Source: Bacillota bacterium (GTDB lineage Bacteria > Bacillota > Clostridia > Acetivibrionales > DTU013). From it: 64,000 nt of DNA. A program made the position numbers and the translations under genes. This document shows positions 36,232 through 46,890 of this stretch, in pieces (within the stretch, counting starts at the first letter, position 1; the number at the start of each line of letters is the position of its first letter). The notes beneath the pieces are model-generated. The model was not told the origin of the DNA, did no database searches, and saw only the letters and a list, made by a program, of their open reading frames with translations. Where the stretch lies: NCBI GenBank assembly GCA_023412665.1, contig JAEZCA010000035.1, positions 136,633 to 200,632 on the forward strand, in the 5' to 3' direction.

Positions 36232-38520
36232 ATGTCTGCAATAAACCACCCGGATTATAAGGAAGAGCTGGAAAGATGCAATAATACGCTTGGGTATGTC
36301 AATAAAAGTCTCGAGATCACATTATCCAAAAAGAGCAATGTCGACAACTCACTGGAGCGGGCCAGAAAGCATTTCAATGCTGAAAACAGCCAGGACTATA
36401 TCGACATCATAGTAAACTCTCTGCTGCAGGGCAGTATGGATGTCAAGCTGAGAAATTTGATGGCTGCCAAAAACAAGCCATACTTTTCGCGTATTGATTT
36501 CGTCGAAAAGGGAAAATCCGCTCCGGAAAAGCTCTACATCGGGAAAATGTCGCTGATCCGCGATGAAGACCAGAAACTCATCATCGTTGACTGGCGCGCG
36601 CCTGTGGCAAACCTCTATTACGAAGGAAGGCTGGGTGATGCAGCCTATGATTGCCCTGACGGCAAAATCGAAGGCAGGCTGGAGCTGAAACGGCAGTTTT
36701 CAATAGAAAAAGGCAAGCTAAAGGAAATATTCGATATAGATATCACAACAAATGACGAATTCCTTCAGAGCAGCCTGGGAGCAAACGCCGACAACAGGCT
36801 CAAGGATATAGTCACAACGATACAGGCTGAACAAAACGCAATTATCCGCGCCGATATGTGGCGGCCGCTGATAGTGCAGGGAGCGGCCGGAAGCGGAAAG
36901 ACAACCATCGCGCTCCATCGTATTGCTTACTTGATCTACAATTATGAAAAGTCCTTCACGCCGGAAAACTTTATGATAATAGCACCAAACAAGCTGTTCC
37001 TGAATTACATATCCGACGTATTGCCCGAGCTGGGCGTTGAGAAGGTACGCCAGACTACCTTTGAGGAATTTGCTCAGGATCTGGTGGGAAAGCGGTTCAA
37101 GCTGAGGGATGCAAATGAAAAGCTGCTGGAGTTTGTCGACTATACAAACACCGAAGAAGAAGAAAAGCAACGGCTCGCGCTGGTCAGAATGACCTCCGAG
37201 TTCAAGGCCTCCATGCATTTCAAGGAAGCTTTGGACAGCTATCTGAAGGTGATTGAGGAAAATTTCATACCAAAGGAGAATTTCATATTTGGTTCTACAT
37301 TGATTTATAAGTATGAAGAGTTGAATGAGTTGTTTATCAATCAATATAAAATGTGGCCCATAGCCCGCAGGGTAGATGAGATAAAGAAGAACCTAAAAAC
37401 CAGGATCAAGGCCAAGAAGCAGATCATCATCAACCAGCTTTATGAAAGCTGCGATAAGAGAGTGGCATTTTTGAAGCTGACCGTTCCTGATGAAGATGAA
37501 CGTCAAAAGCTTGTCACGCAAGCTATCGACAAAAGGGACTATGACCTGAGCAATCTGGAGATTGAGTCAAAAATGATCGTCCAGGAATATATAAGGAAAA
37601 TATCGCGCCTTAGCCCATATGAATATTACAAGGATCTGATCAATGATGCCCGGATGTTTGAAAAGGCTGTCAGTCCCTGGCTTGACGAGGAAATGTCGCG
37701 GTTTGCCCGCAGCTATACTGCCGATATACTGAAGTCGGGCTGGCTCGAGATCGAAGATCTCGCTCCCATCATATATCTAAAATTCTGCATATACGGCATC
37801 GATGAAAAGATACCGGTCAGGCATGTGGTCATAGACGAGGCGCAGGATTTCAGCGCATTTCAGATATTTGTCCTTAAAAGGATCATAAAGGACAGCTCCT
37901 TCACGATACTCGGGGACCTCAACCAGGGCATCCACTCCTACAGAGGCATACAGGACTGGAATGAGATAACGGAGCATGTATTCAGCGACAGGAAGAACGA
38001 ATTTCTGACTCTGGAGCAAAGCTACAGGACGACTGTTGAGATCATGAATGCCGCAAATATCGTCCTTGATAAGATAAAGAGCCGTGAAGTCAACAAGGGG
38101 AGACCTGTCATACGTCATGGCGAAGAGGTCAGGATAAAGGCGATGTCGGAGAAAAAGGATATCATAGCTGAAATCCTGAAGAACCTGGGCGAATTCAGAA
38201 CTCTCTCCTACAAATCCGTAGCCGTCATTTGCAAGACGCTGAAGGAATGCAAAGAGGTGCATGCTCTTCTGTCAAAACATACAAAGGATATCACGCTTAT
38301 CACGGGTAAGGAGGAGGTCTATAAAAGCGGTATGGTCGTTCTCCCGTCATGCCTGGCAAAGGGCCTTGAATTCGATGCCGTAATAATATTCAACGCAGAT
38401 GCCGTCGGATATACGGAAGATGAACTGGATATCAAGCTCCTTTATGTCGCCATGACCAGACCGCTTCACAAGCTATACATCTACCATACAGGAGAAGTGA
38501 CCCCTCTTCTCAAACCTTAA
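36232..38520 (+). CDS. helD: UvrD-like helicase IV / RNA polymerase recycling factor HelD-like
   Basis: Walker A QGAAGSGKTT, VIDEAQDFS and the C-terminal LYVAMTRPLHKLYI. The N-terminal coiled-coil region is typical of HelD. GGAGGTG SD. Confidence 0.85.
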   Translation: MSAINHPDYKEELERCNNTLGYVNKSLEITLSKKSNVDNSLERARKHFNAENSQDYIDIIVNSLLQGSMDVKLRNLMAAKNKPYFSRIDFVEKGKSAPEKLYIGKMSLIRDEDQKLIIVDWRAPVANLYYEGRLGDAAYDCPDGKIEGRLELKRQFSIEKGKLKEIFDIDITTNDEFLQSSLGANADNRLKDIVTTIQAEQNAIIRADMWRPLIVQGAAGSGKTTIALHRIAYLIYNYEKSFTPENFMIIAPNKLFLNYISDVLPELGVEKVRQTTFEEFAQDLVGKRFKLRDANEKLLEFVDYTNTEEEEKQRLALVRMTSEFKASMHFKEALDSYLKVIEENFIPKENFIFGSTLIYKYEELNELFINQYKMWPIARRVDEIKKNLKTRIKAKKQIIINQLYESCDKRVAFLKLTVPDEDERQKLVTQAIDKRDYDLSNLEIESKMIVQEYIRKISRLSPYEYYKDLINDARMFEKAVSPWLDEEMSRFARSYTADILKSGWLEIEDLAPIIYLKFCIYGIDEKIPVRHVVIDEAQDFSAFQIFVLKRIIKDSSFTILGDLNQGIHSYRGIQDWNEITEHVFSDRKNEFLTLEQSYRTTVEIMNAANIVLDKIKSREVNKGRPVIRHGEEVRIKAMSEKKDIIAEILKNLGEFRTLSYKSVAVICKTLKECKEVHALLSKHTKDITLITGKEEVYKSGMVVLPSCLAKGLEFDAVIIFNADAVGYTEDELDIKLLYVAMTRPLHKLYIYHTGEVTPLLKP

Positions 38521-38563
38521 TATAAATAATTCCTGTTCTACTGATTAAAAATCCCTGCAAATG

Positions 38564-38572
38564 TGCTATAAT
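38564..38572 (+). promoter_or_regulatory. Extended -10 promoter element (TGcTATAAT) upstream of the SNF2 gene
   Basis: TGCTATAAT at 38564-38572. The -35 box is weak. Confidence 0.45.
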
Positions 38573-38626
38573 AATATGATATGGGTTTTATACATACTAT
38601 TACAAGGCATTTATCAGGAGTAAATA

Positions 38627-41600
38627 ATGTTCGATCTATCCATGGAATCCATCCAAGCAAAAACACAGCGCGTGGAATACGAAGCAGGCCAGGAGCACTA
38701 CAGGAGCGGCCGGATAAAGTCCGTACAGTACAATCAGGACCGCCGTACCTTCACCTCCACAGTTTTTGACTCCAAGCTGCAAACACAGCACATGAAATTT
38801 GACAATGCAGGCAAGCTGACGGAAGCAGATTGCTCCTGTCCTGTGGGAAATGACGGCTGGGGCCTGTGCAGGCATATGGTTGCCGTATTGCTGCTCATAC
38901 AGGAGAAGGACAGCAAGGGCTTTTTTCGCGAGCTCCGCTTCCGCCAGGCAGCGAAGGATATATTCAATTTTTTCATGGACAGACAGATCGCCATCCGGTC
39001 TGCTGTAACTATCGAGCCTGTTTTCGAGCTGAACAGGGCCTCCGGCATAGACAATTCCCTGCTGCCTTCATTGAAGTTCCGTATTGGACAGGACAGGCTG
39101 TACATAGTTAAGGATGTAAAAAAGCTTCTCTTCCATATGGAAAACAATACGGACCTGAATTACGGAAAGCGTTTCACCTATTCTCCCTCCAGGCATGAAT
39201 TCAAAGGAAGGGATCTGGAGCTGGCAGAAATGCTCAAGGAGCTCTATGAGACTGAAAAGCTCATGGAGGGGCTGGGGCGCGGCAGGATGGACGCGAGCAT
39301 ATTCTCGGACGGAAAGGTCTATCTGACCGACAGGTATTTAAAACGGTTTTTTGAGATATATGAGGACACTCCTTTTAAGGGATTTATTCTTGGAAATGAA
39401 CACGAAAGCCTGACAATAAAAAAGGAGGACATACCTGTCAACTTTCTGCTGACAAATGACGGGCACGACCTGGTGCTGAATATAGATTTCGAGGGCACGA
39501 TGCTGCCTTTGACGGCAGACGGGGAATACTTCTACTTCGGCGGCGGGATACACCGGGTCTCGAGGCAGCAGAGCGAGTGCCTGAAGCCGTTTTACATGGC
39601 CATGATGTACCAGAAGGGCCGCAAGCTCAGGTTCATCGAAGAAGACAAGCAGCGGTTCGTATCGGAAATACTGCCTTTTGCGGAGAAGGCCGGGAACCTC
39701 ATCATTAGCGAGCAGGTACAGTCAACGATAGAAAAACTCCCATTATCGGCTGAAATCTATTTGGACAGGGACGGCTCCGACATTACGGCCGATGTCAGGT
39801 TCATATACGGCGACAATCAGATCAATCCGTTCCTGCCGGTGATCAAATCTGCCTCCGCCCCAGATAAGCTGCTTATCCGAGAGATAAAGAATGAAGAGGC
39901 AATACTTGATATACTTGGCATGGCGGAATTCAGGGTAAAGGAAGGCAGGATCCATTTGACCGGCGATGACAATATCTACGATTTTGTGTTTAGGCTGGTA
40001 CCGCTGCTGCAGGATTATGCCATCGTATATTACTCCGAAAGCCTGAGAAACATGAAGCTGAAGCAGGCCCTTTCGTTCTCGGCCAGGTTCAGGCTGAACA
40101 GCGTAACCAACCTGCTGGAATTTTCATTCGGCGCCGAGGGTATCGACCGGTCAGAGCTGGCTGAGATATTTGCATCCATCCGCAAGAAGAAAAAATACTT
40201 CCAGCTCAAGAGCGGAAGCTTTATAAACCTTGATACGAACGAGCTTACAAGAGTAAACGACTTCATGGAAAAGCTCGATGTGGACCCTGCGGAAATAGAA
40301 AAGGACTTTATTGAAATGCCAAGATTCCGGGCAGCATATCTTGATCAAAGCATCCGGGAGTCCGGTATCCATAATGTAGAGCGCGATGCGCTGTTCAAGG
40401 AGTTCGTCAGGAACATCAAAGAGCCTGAGGATATGTCCTTTCGTTTGCCTGACGGCTTGAAGGGTTCACTAAGGGATTATCAGAAATTCGGCTTCAAGTG
40501 GCTCAAAACCTTGAAATATTACGAGCTGGGCGGCATCCTCGCCGATGATATGGGACTTGGAAAGACATTTCAGATATTGGCTCTGATATTGTCGGACAAA
40601 CAGGAGCACGGGCCTTCCCCCTCTCTCGTAATAGTCCCCACATCGCTTGTATTCAACTGGTGCGCGGAGATCGAGAAATTTGCCCCGGGCCTGAAGTATA
40701 CTGCGGTGATAGGAAATAAAGAAGACAGGCGCAAGCTCATCGATGGCATTTCGGTATGTGATGTGGTAATAACCTCCTATCCGTTGATCAGAAGAGATAT
40801 TGAGCTCTACGAGCAATATTCCTTCAGGTACTGTATACTCGATGAAGCACAGCACATTAAGAACGGGGCATCCAGAAACGCCCGGTCGGTCAAGCTGATC
40901 AATGCGGCAACCCGCTTCGCTCTGACCGGCACGCCAATTGAAAATAATCTATATGAGCTGTGGTCTATCTTTGACTTTGTTCTTCCGGGATACCTTTATT
41001 CGTACAACAGGTTCGATGAGAAATATGTACGCACAGATGCAGGCGAGGACACAAGCGATTCTCTCGCCGATCTTAACAGGCAGATCAGGCCGTTTGTACT
41101 AAGACGCCTGAAAAAGGATGTTCTGAACGAATTGCCCGAAAAGATAGAGAACACCATGACTGCCGAGCTTACAGATGAGCAGAGGAAAATTTATCTGGCC
41201 TATCTGTCGGATATACGAGGGGAAATAAAACAGGAAATAGAAGCATCAGGCTTTGAAAAGAGCAGGATCAGGATATTGGCGGCTCTGACGCGTCTCAGGC
41301 AGCTGTGCTGCCATCCCTCACTCTTTGTGGAGAACTATCATGGCGGCAGCGGCAAACTGCAGATGCTTGAGGAAATCATACAGGAGTCTATCGAAGGCGG
41401 TCACAGGATACTGCTTTTCTCCCAGTTCACAGCTATGCTGCAGCTTGTACGAAAAAGACTTGATGAGCTTGGTATACCGTACCTCTATCTGGATGGCGCA
41501 ACACCGGTCTCAGAGAGAGGCTTTCTTGTAAATTCCTTCAATGAAGGAGCGGGCAAGATCTTTCTGATCTCCCTCAAGGCCGGAGGAACCGGCCTGAACC

Positions 41601-41857
41601 TGACAGGCGCAGATACAGTGATACATTACGACCCCTGGTGGAACCCGGCTGTTGAGGACCAGGCCACTGACCGGTCCTACCGCATCGGCCAGAAAAAATC
41701 CGTATATGTGATAAAGCTGGTCACCAGAGGTACTATCGAAGAAAAAATACTGGCGCTCCAGGAGAAAAAGCGCAGTCTTATAGATGCTGTCATCCAGCCA
41801 GGCGAAACACTGCTGTCCAAGATGTCCCCCGAAGAAATACAAGCCCTGTTCGACTAA
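38627..41857 (+). CDS. SNF2-family helicase with N-terminal SWIM zinc finger (YwqA/RapA-like)
   Basis: SWIM CSCPVGNDGWGLCRH. SNF2 motifs ILADDMGLGKT, LDEAQHIKN and HYDPWWNPAVEDQATDRSYRIGQ. Confidence 0.9.
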   Translation: MFDLSMESIQAKTQRVEYEAGQEHYRSGRIKSVQYNQDRRTFTSTVFDSKLQTQHMKFDNAGKLTEADCSCPVGNDGWGLCRHMVAVLLLIQEKDSKGFFRELRFRQAAKDIFNFFMDRQIAIRSAVTIEPVFELNRASGIDNSLLPSLKFRIGQDRLYIVKDVKKLLFHMENNTDLNYGKRFTYSPSRHEFKGRDLELAEMLKELYETEKLMEGLGRGRMDASIFSDGKVYLTDRYLKRFFEIYEDTPFKGFILGNEHESLTIKKEDIPVNFLLTNDGHDLVLNIDFEGTMLPLTADGEYFYFGGGIHRVSRQQSECLKPFYMAMMYQKGRKLRFIEEDKQRFVSEILPFAEKAGNLIISEQVQSTIEKLPLSAEIYLDRDGSDITADVRFIYGDNQINPFLPVIKSASAPDKLLIREIKNEEAILDILGMAEFRVKEGRIHLTGDDNIYDFVFRLVPLLQDYAIVYYSESLRNMKLKQALSFSARFRLNSVTNLLEFSFGAEGIDRSELAEIFASIRKKKKYFQLKSGSFINLDTNELTRVNDFMEKLDVDPAEIEKDFIEMPRFRAAYLDQSIRESGIHNVERDALFKEFVRNIKEPEDMSFRLPDGLKGSLRDYQKFGFKWLKTLKYYELGGILADDMGLGKTFQILALILSDKQEHGPSPSLVIVPTSLVFNWCAEIEKFAPGLKYTAVIGNKEDRRKLIDGISVCDVVITSYPLIRRDIELYEQYSFRYCILDEAQHIKNGASRNARSVKLINAATRFALTGTPIENNLYELWSIFDFVLPGYLYSYNRFDEKYVRTDAGEDTSDSLADLNRQIRPFVLRRLKKDVLNELPEKIENTMTAELTDEQRKIYLAYLSDIRGEIKQEIEASGFEKSRIRILAALTRLRQLCCHPSLFVENYHGGSGKLQMLEEIIQESIEGGHRILLFSQFTAMLQLVRKRLDELGIPYLYLDGATPVSERGFLVNSFNEGAGKIFLISLKAGGTGLNLTGADTVIHYDPWWNPAVEDQATDRSYRIGQKKSVYVIKLVTRGTIEEKILALQEKKRSLIDAVIQPGETLLSKMSPEEIQALFD

Positions 41858-41860
41858 AAA

Positions 41861-41920
41861 AGCAAAGGAGACGGTCCATCCGCTTCCTTAAAAATCAGAT
41901 GGACCGTCCCCTTGCTTTCA
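41861..41920. terminator. Bidirectional terminator between convergent genes
   Basis: AGCAAAGGAGACGGTCCATC - 17 nt - GATGGACCGTCCCCTTGCT, flanked by an A-run and a T-rich tail. Confidence 0.8.
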
Positions 41921-41927
41921 CTTACAC

Positions 41928-43073
41928 CTATATGAACTTCTTTACATTATCGATCCTGGAGAATTTATATATCGCCACAAGTGTCAGCGCCAGCGCAAAG
42001 GCCGCAAGTACCAGCAGGTTCAGGCCAATATCCGCGATATTGCCGCTGGTCTGCATTTTGGTGATAGCGTCGATGGTCCACCTTTGCGGTACAAAATAGC
42101 TGATTTTTTGCATGAATTCCGGCATAAAGCCTATCTCCCAGAAACAGCCGCCCAGCATGCAGGTAGGTGTCAATATAAGTGTGCTTAGTGTGCTGGCCAT
42201 ATAGGAAGAGGTTGTGAATGCGGTTATTACAAGGCCCAGACCTATTGCCACCAGCGCGAACATCAAAAGTATGATAAACATATATATACCGCTGACTCCC
42301 GTATCGATTCTTAAAACAAGCCGCATGGCAATAAGTATGAAGGTGATTTGTACGATGCTTATCAGCAGGCTTGTAAGTGAGTTTGCCAGAATGTACTGTC
42401 TTGCACTGACCGAAGCGGAACATATCCTATGGTAGGTCCGGCTTCTCTTATCCTTCAGGATCATCATTGTGGTTAATCCTGTCCCAAGCATAATAAACAT
42501 TATAAGGAACCCGACAGAAGTGACAGTCATTGATTTGCCTGCATTTTTGTCTTTGACAGCCTGGACCCTCAGCTCAATTGTGCTTTTATTTACCTGCTCC
42601 AGCATGCTTTCAAAAGCACCATTATCACCTCCGGCTGCATTGGACAGTCTGAGCATTGTCGCTGTATAGGTGTTGATCATTTGCTCAATCCAGACAGTTG
42701 TTTCCTGACCCTTCAACGAAATGACCTCAATGTCGGCTGCATTCCCGCTGTAAATACTGTCCGTATATCCTTCCGGCACGACAATTGCGGCATCCAGTTC
42801 AAATGCGAGGAGCTTGTCACTTATTTCCTTCTCATTGACATCCGATATCTCAAAACCATCCACAGTTGTAAACTCATCCTTTAGTTCTGCTGCAAGCATC
42901 TTACCGTCGTGGTCCACAAAACCAATTTTTAGTTCAGTGACATTGGATGTGCCATACATCAGCAGGGAAAGAAGAACACCTGTCAGAGGCAGGAAAATAT
43001 TTATGACAATGCTGCTCTTTTTTCTAAATGTGACCTTCAAATTGTTCATTATGAGAATCAATAAATTATGCAT
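41928..43073 (-). CDS. ABC-2 type transporter permease
   Basis: N-terminal TM, a large extracytoplasmic loop and a C-terminal 5-TM bundle. 8-nt overlap with the upstream paralog. Confidence 0.85.
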   Translation of the reverse strand: MHNLLILIMNNLKVTFRKKSSIVINIFLPLTGVLLSLLMYGTSNVTELKIGFVDHDGKMLAAELKDEFTTVDGFEISDVNEKEISDKLLAFELDAAIVVPEGYTDSIYSGNAADIEVISLKGQETTVWIEQMINTYTATMLRLSNAAGGDNGAFESMLEQVNKSTIELRVQAVKDKNAGKSMTVTSVGFLIMFIMLGTGLTTMMILKDKRSRTYHRICSASVSARQYILANSLTSLLISIVQITFILIAMRLVLRIDTGVSGIYMFIILLMFALVAIGLGLVITAFTTSSYMASTLSTLILTPTCMLGGCFWEIGFMPEFMQKISYFVPQRWTIDAITKMQTSGNIADIGLNLLVLAAFALALTLVAIYKFSRIDNVKKFI

Positions 43074-44208
43074 AAGCTCTGTTCCCCCTCCTCGAAAATA
43101 TAGCGGAAATTGTTATGAACAGTACAGCAATGCCAAGGTTTATTCCGATAGAAGCTGCAACCTTTGAGTAATCCCCATCGAAAATAACACTGAAGAGAGC
43201 TGTATTGACCCACTTGACAGGTGATAAATCAGCGATTTGGGATAAGCTTGAATCCATTACACTTAACGGAACATAGCCTCCACCCAGAAAAACCAGTACA
43301 GGAATGATCGTATTCAATATACCGTTGGCGGCTTCACCGTTCTTTAACAGGTAGGCCAGAGCAACACCCATGCTTACCGACATTATCGAGTATGAAATGA
43401 TGAGCAGTGCTACTGTAAACAGATCCTCCCCCCAATAGGCCTTCAGAACAAGCCCGCTGAATATTATTACCACAAACCCTTGCAATATCGTCACTATAAT
43501 GCTGCCAAGGACCTTGCCGGTCAACAGCTGATAATTAGCAGTCGGAGCACATAATATCCTTGCAGCCGTTTTATCCTCTATCTCGCTTCTTATGCCCCAG
43601 AATCCCGTAAGTGAGGCATACAGCAGTATCAGCGTCAGCATCGTTATTGCGTAATAGTCCGTAGAACCCGGCTGCCTTTTCCTGTCGAGGGAGCTTAACC
43701 TTACATGGCTCATGTCTTCTGAATTCTGCTGTGAAGAAAGCGCCGCCGGATTATGTCGGGCTATAACGCTCATGGTCACATAAGTATCGAGAAAGCTGTC
43801 CATTGCGTTTTCAACGATGCTTGCGGAATAGCCGCTTCTTTCATTCTTGTACATATCTACCCGGACAGGCTCGCCGGTTATATGAAAATAGGCATTATAC
43901 CGTTTGTTTTCAATTCCGGCCATACCTGCGGCAAAGTCCTTGGTTTCTTCAAACTTTATACCGGTTTCGTCCGACAGCCCTTTGCAAAAGCTGTTGAAAG
44001 CAGTCTCGAAAGCCGGGCCTCCGGCTTTTTCATCGATAGTATAAAGCACACTGACCTCGCCAAGATTTATGGTATTATCAAATGCTCCGCTGAAGGCTGC
44101 ACCTAAAATAATTATCAATACTATCGGGAAAAGTACCATCATTGCATTAGCCTTAAAATTGCGGACACTATGCTTTATTTCCTTTAGAATTATCAGTAAT
44201 ACTCTCAT
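43066..44208 (-). CDS. ABC-2 type transporter permease
   Basis: Same architecture as 41928..43073. It follows the ATPase gene after a 12-nt gap. Confidence 0.85.
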   Translation of the reverse strand: MRVLLIILKEIKHSVRNFKANAMMVLFPIVLIIILGAAFSGAFDNTINLGEVSVLYTIDEKAGGPAFETAFNSFCKGLSDETGIKFEETKDFAAGMAGIENKRYNAYFHITGEPVRVDMYKNERSGYSASIVENAMDSFLDTYVTMSVIARHNPAALSSQQNSEDMSHVRLSSLDRKRQPGSTDYYAITMLTLILLYASLTGFWGIRSEIEDKTAARILCAPTANYQLLTGKVLGSIIVTILQGFVVIIFSGLVLKAYWGEDLFTVALLIISYSIMSVSMGVALAYLLKNGEAANGILNTIIPVLVFLGGGYVPLSVMDSSLSQIADLSPVKWVNTALFSVIFDGDYSKVAASIGINLGIAVLFITISAIFSRRGNRAYA

Positions 44209-44220
44209 GATCCATCCCCC

Positions 44221-45159
44221 CTAGTCTCTGAGCTTTCTTCCGGTCATCGACAGGAATACCGACTCCAGGTCCGGCGTTTTGCTTTCCACACTTTTTATTG
44301 AGATGTTGTTTTTTACAAAGTACTGTATGATCTTGTCAAGGTTTGCCACTTCCCTGACACTTGTTATCTTTACAGTGTTCTCTCCTGTTTCCACATTCTC
44401 GACTCCGGATATTTCTCTGATTTTCTCTTCACTGACCTTTGATATCGAATCGCTTACGGTTACTACAACAATATCCTTTTCATTGATAAGATTCTTAAGC
44501 TCTGTGTTGGTGCCGAGAGCTATCACCTTGCCGTGGTCCATGATCGCTATACGTGTACAGATCTCATCGACCTCCTCCATATAGTGGCTGGTGTAAATAA
44601 TGGTGCTGCCAAGCTCATTGAGCTTCTTTACTGACTGCAGTATGTGGTTCCTTGACTGTGGGTCTATGCCGACTGTCGGTTCATCCATTATAATGAGCTT
44701 TGGCTTATGAGCTATCGCACATGCAATATTGAGGCGTCTTTTCATACCGCCGGAAAAGTTTTTGGGGAAGTCCTTTTTCTTATCCGACAGTCCGGTAAAC
44801 TCCAATGCTTCCAATACCGCATCCTCAAGCCCCTTTCCTCTGAGGCCGTAAAGACTGGCAAAAAACCTGACATTCTCCAGACTCGTCAGATCTTCGTAAA
44901 TGGCAATATCCTGAGGAACTATACCGATATTGGACTTGGCAGCCATTTTGTGCTTCCTGATGTCCTTGCCGAGTATACAGATGCTCCCTTTATCGACCAT
45001 AAGCAGCCCGGTTATCATATTTATAGCAGTGCTTTTGCCTGCACCGTTTGGCCCCAGCAGTCCGAATATCTCACCTTCTTCGATTTCCAGAGACATTTTA
45101 TCTACGGCTGTGACTTCTCCGAATTTTTTTGTTAACTCATCCAATTTTACTATGCTCAT
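44221..45159 (-). CDS. ABC transporter ATP-binding protein
   Basis: Walker A GPNGAGKST, signature FSGGMKRRL and Walker B LIIMDEP. Start ATG 45159 (MSIVKLDEL) lies behind a GGAG SD; the track extension to 45297 would run through a terminator. Confidence 0.92.
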   Translation of the reverse strand: MSIVKLDELTKKFGEVTAVDKMSLEIEEGEIFGLLGPNGAGKSTAINMITGLLMVDKGSICILGKDIRKHKMAAKSNIGIVPQDIAIYEDLTSLENVRFFASLYGLRGKGLEDAVLEALEFTGLSDKKKDFPKNFSGGMKRRLNIACAIAHKPKLIIMDEPTVGIDPQSRNHILQSVKKLNELGSTIIYTSHYMEEVDEICTRIAIMDHGKVIALGTNTELKNLINEKDIVVVTVSDSISKVSEEKIREISGVENVETGENTVKITSVREVANLDKIIQYFVKNNISIKSVESKTPDLESVFLSMTGRKLRD

Positions 45160-45268
45160 TTTCAACACTCCTTGATTTATAAATAACATCACAGTCTTAT
45201 TATAAAAAAAACCGGCTCCCTTTCGATAGTACAAAAGGTCACCGGTTTTTATGACTAAAGTAATATGC

Positions 45269-46258
45269 TTAATCCCACCGATAAGGCAATAGCTCATCTA
45301 TCGTTACGATCTTTCTGCCATCGAGCATCACTTCGCATTTATAGTTTTCGTCGTCTATCTGGCAGATGAATTCGCGGCATCTTCCGCACGGCGCCACAGC
45401 CTTTTTTGTCTCTCCCAGCACTGCGACAAGCTTGACTATCCTGGTTTCCCCAGCAGTGATCATTGCCGCGATAGCCGCATGTTCTGCGCAAAAGCCCATG
45501 GAGCATGGAGTATCGATACACACTCCTTTATATACATTGCCCTTGTCTGTCAGGATCGCTGCCGCAACAGAACCCGCCCACGAGCTTTTTGATATCTTGC
45601 GATCACTAGCCGTACTCAGTGCAATTTCATATAACTCTTCAAAGCTCACACTTCCAGTGTCTGGCTGAGTATTATCCGTATTTCCCCTCCCCGCCTGCAG
45701 GCCCTTCACATAATCCTCCCGGACAAGGCCATATATCGAGTAATCACAGATCCCTTGATTGTTCCAGTCTCCATGCTTTACAGTTCCTTCATATTTCAGC
45801 CCGCACTTCATCATGACCCTGCCCGAATTCGGGTTCTTTGGATCATGCCTGGATTCGATACGGTTTACACCTGCCTCCTCAAAGAAGAATCTGACAAGCT
45901 CCGCCAAAGCTTCAGAGGTTATTCCCCGATGCCACCATTTCCGCCCGATACAGTATCCGATATGGACCATTTCCAATCTGTCATCCATACCGACTACACT
46001 GATGCAGCCAACAGGTTCGTTCACATTTGGCTTGAGTGTGATAGCCCACTGATAGTATTTAATATCGTCGTATTTAGCGACCCAATCCTTCAATATATTC
46101 TCCGACACACTTACGTCCTTGTGTGTCGGCCACATCAAAAACCTGGTAACCTCGTTATCGCTCGCCCAATTCCTGAACATGGCCTCAGCATCGGAAAGCT
46201 CAAATCTCCTCAATACCAGACGCTGTGTCTCCAGCTGCTTTGTTCCAAGATGATTCAT
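45269..46258 (-). CDS. Fusion protein: N-terminal GNAT (RimJ/RimL-like) acetyltransferase + C-terminal cytidine/blasticidin-S deaminase-like domain
   Basis: N-terminus: [20 protein letters not shown]...WHRGITSEA (GNAT). C-terminus: zinc motifs CAEHAAI and PCGRCREF, ending in ELLPYRW, as in small tetrameric cytidine deaminases/BSD. Confidence 0.8.
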   Translation of the reverse strand: MNHLGTKQLETQRLVLRRFELSDAEAMFRNWASDNEVTRFLMWPTHKDVSVSENILKDWVAKYDDIKYYQWAITLKPNVNEPVGCISVVGMDDRLEMVHIGYCIGRKWWHRGITSEALAELVRFFFEEAGVNRIESRHDPKNPNSGRVMMKCGLKYEGTVKHGDWNNQGICDYSIYGLVREDYVKGLQAGRGNTDNTQPDTGSVSFEELYEIALSTASDRKISKSSWAGSVAAAILTDKGNVYKGVCIDTPCSMGFCAEHAAIAAMITAGETRIVKLVAVLGETKKAVAPCGRCREFICQIDDENYKCEVMLDGRKIVTIDELLPYRWD

Positions 46259-46270
46259 GCAAAATTCCCC

Positions 46271-46840
46271 CTATTCAAACAGTTTGTAATAACAGAAAAA
46301 TTCATGCCCATACCTGAAAACTTCTCCTGTTTTCTTGAATCCGAACTTATTATAAAGAGCTAATGCGCTGCTATTGGTTTTGCTTACCAGAAATATCATC
46401 CCATTATACCCTCTGCTTTTACAATCCTCAATCACCGCACATAATAATTTTGATGCGATACCCTTTTTCTGTAACGAAGGTGAAACCCCTATTCTTGCCA
46501 GCTCGCAGGGTTTTGTCATCCCCGGATCCCATTCCATGTCCGAAAGCTCGTCCAGCGGCCCGGCAGCTGCAGCTGCAATGATTTGTCCGCTTATGTCAGT
46601 CATACAGTACAAGGACCCGCTTGCAATATCAGAAATAATATTATCCATCACAGGGTATTCTTCACTCCATGTGCATCCCGGTGTCCCGATAATACTCCTG
46701 TACAGCTTCAATATCTCCTCACTGTCTTTTGGTTCAGCCAATCTGAGAATATAACGAATGTCTTTATCCAGCCATGAATCAAAATGTTTATAGTTAATTT
46801 GCTCGTGTTCATTCATATTGCTGTCCCTGCACCTCTTCAT
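46271..46840 (-). CDS. GNAT family N-acetyltransferase
   Basis: RIGVSPSLQKKGIASKLL (acetyl-CoA motif A). The start may be the internal ATG at 46816. Confidence 0.8.
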   Translation of the reverse strand: MKRCRDSNMNEHEQINYKHFDSWLDKDIRYILRLAEPKDSEEILKLYRSIIGTPGCTWSEEYPVMDNIISDIASGSLYCMTDISGQIIAAAAAGPLDELSDMEWDPGMTKPCELARIGVSPSLQKKGIASKLLCAVIEDCKSRGYNGMIFLVSKTNSSALALYNKFGFKKTGEVFRYGHEFFCYYKLFE

Positions 46841-46890
46841 AATGTCTTACGGGAACCTCCCCGGGTCACTTGCCGCAGTCAACGGTAATG

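Noticed and set aside
44221-45297. Track's 358-aa version of the ABC ATPase, overlapping the GNAT-deaminase gene
   Set aside because: The 46-codon N-terminal extension crosses a terminator-like hairpin and has no SD. The conserved ABC N-terminus begins at ATG 45159, which has a GGAG SD.
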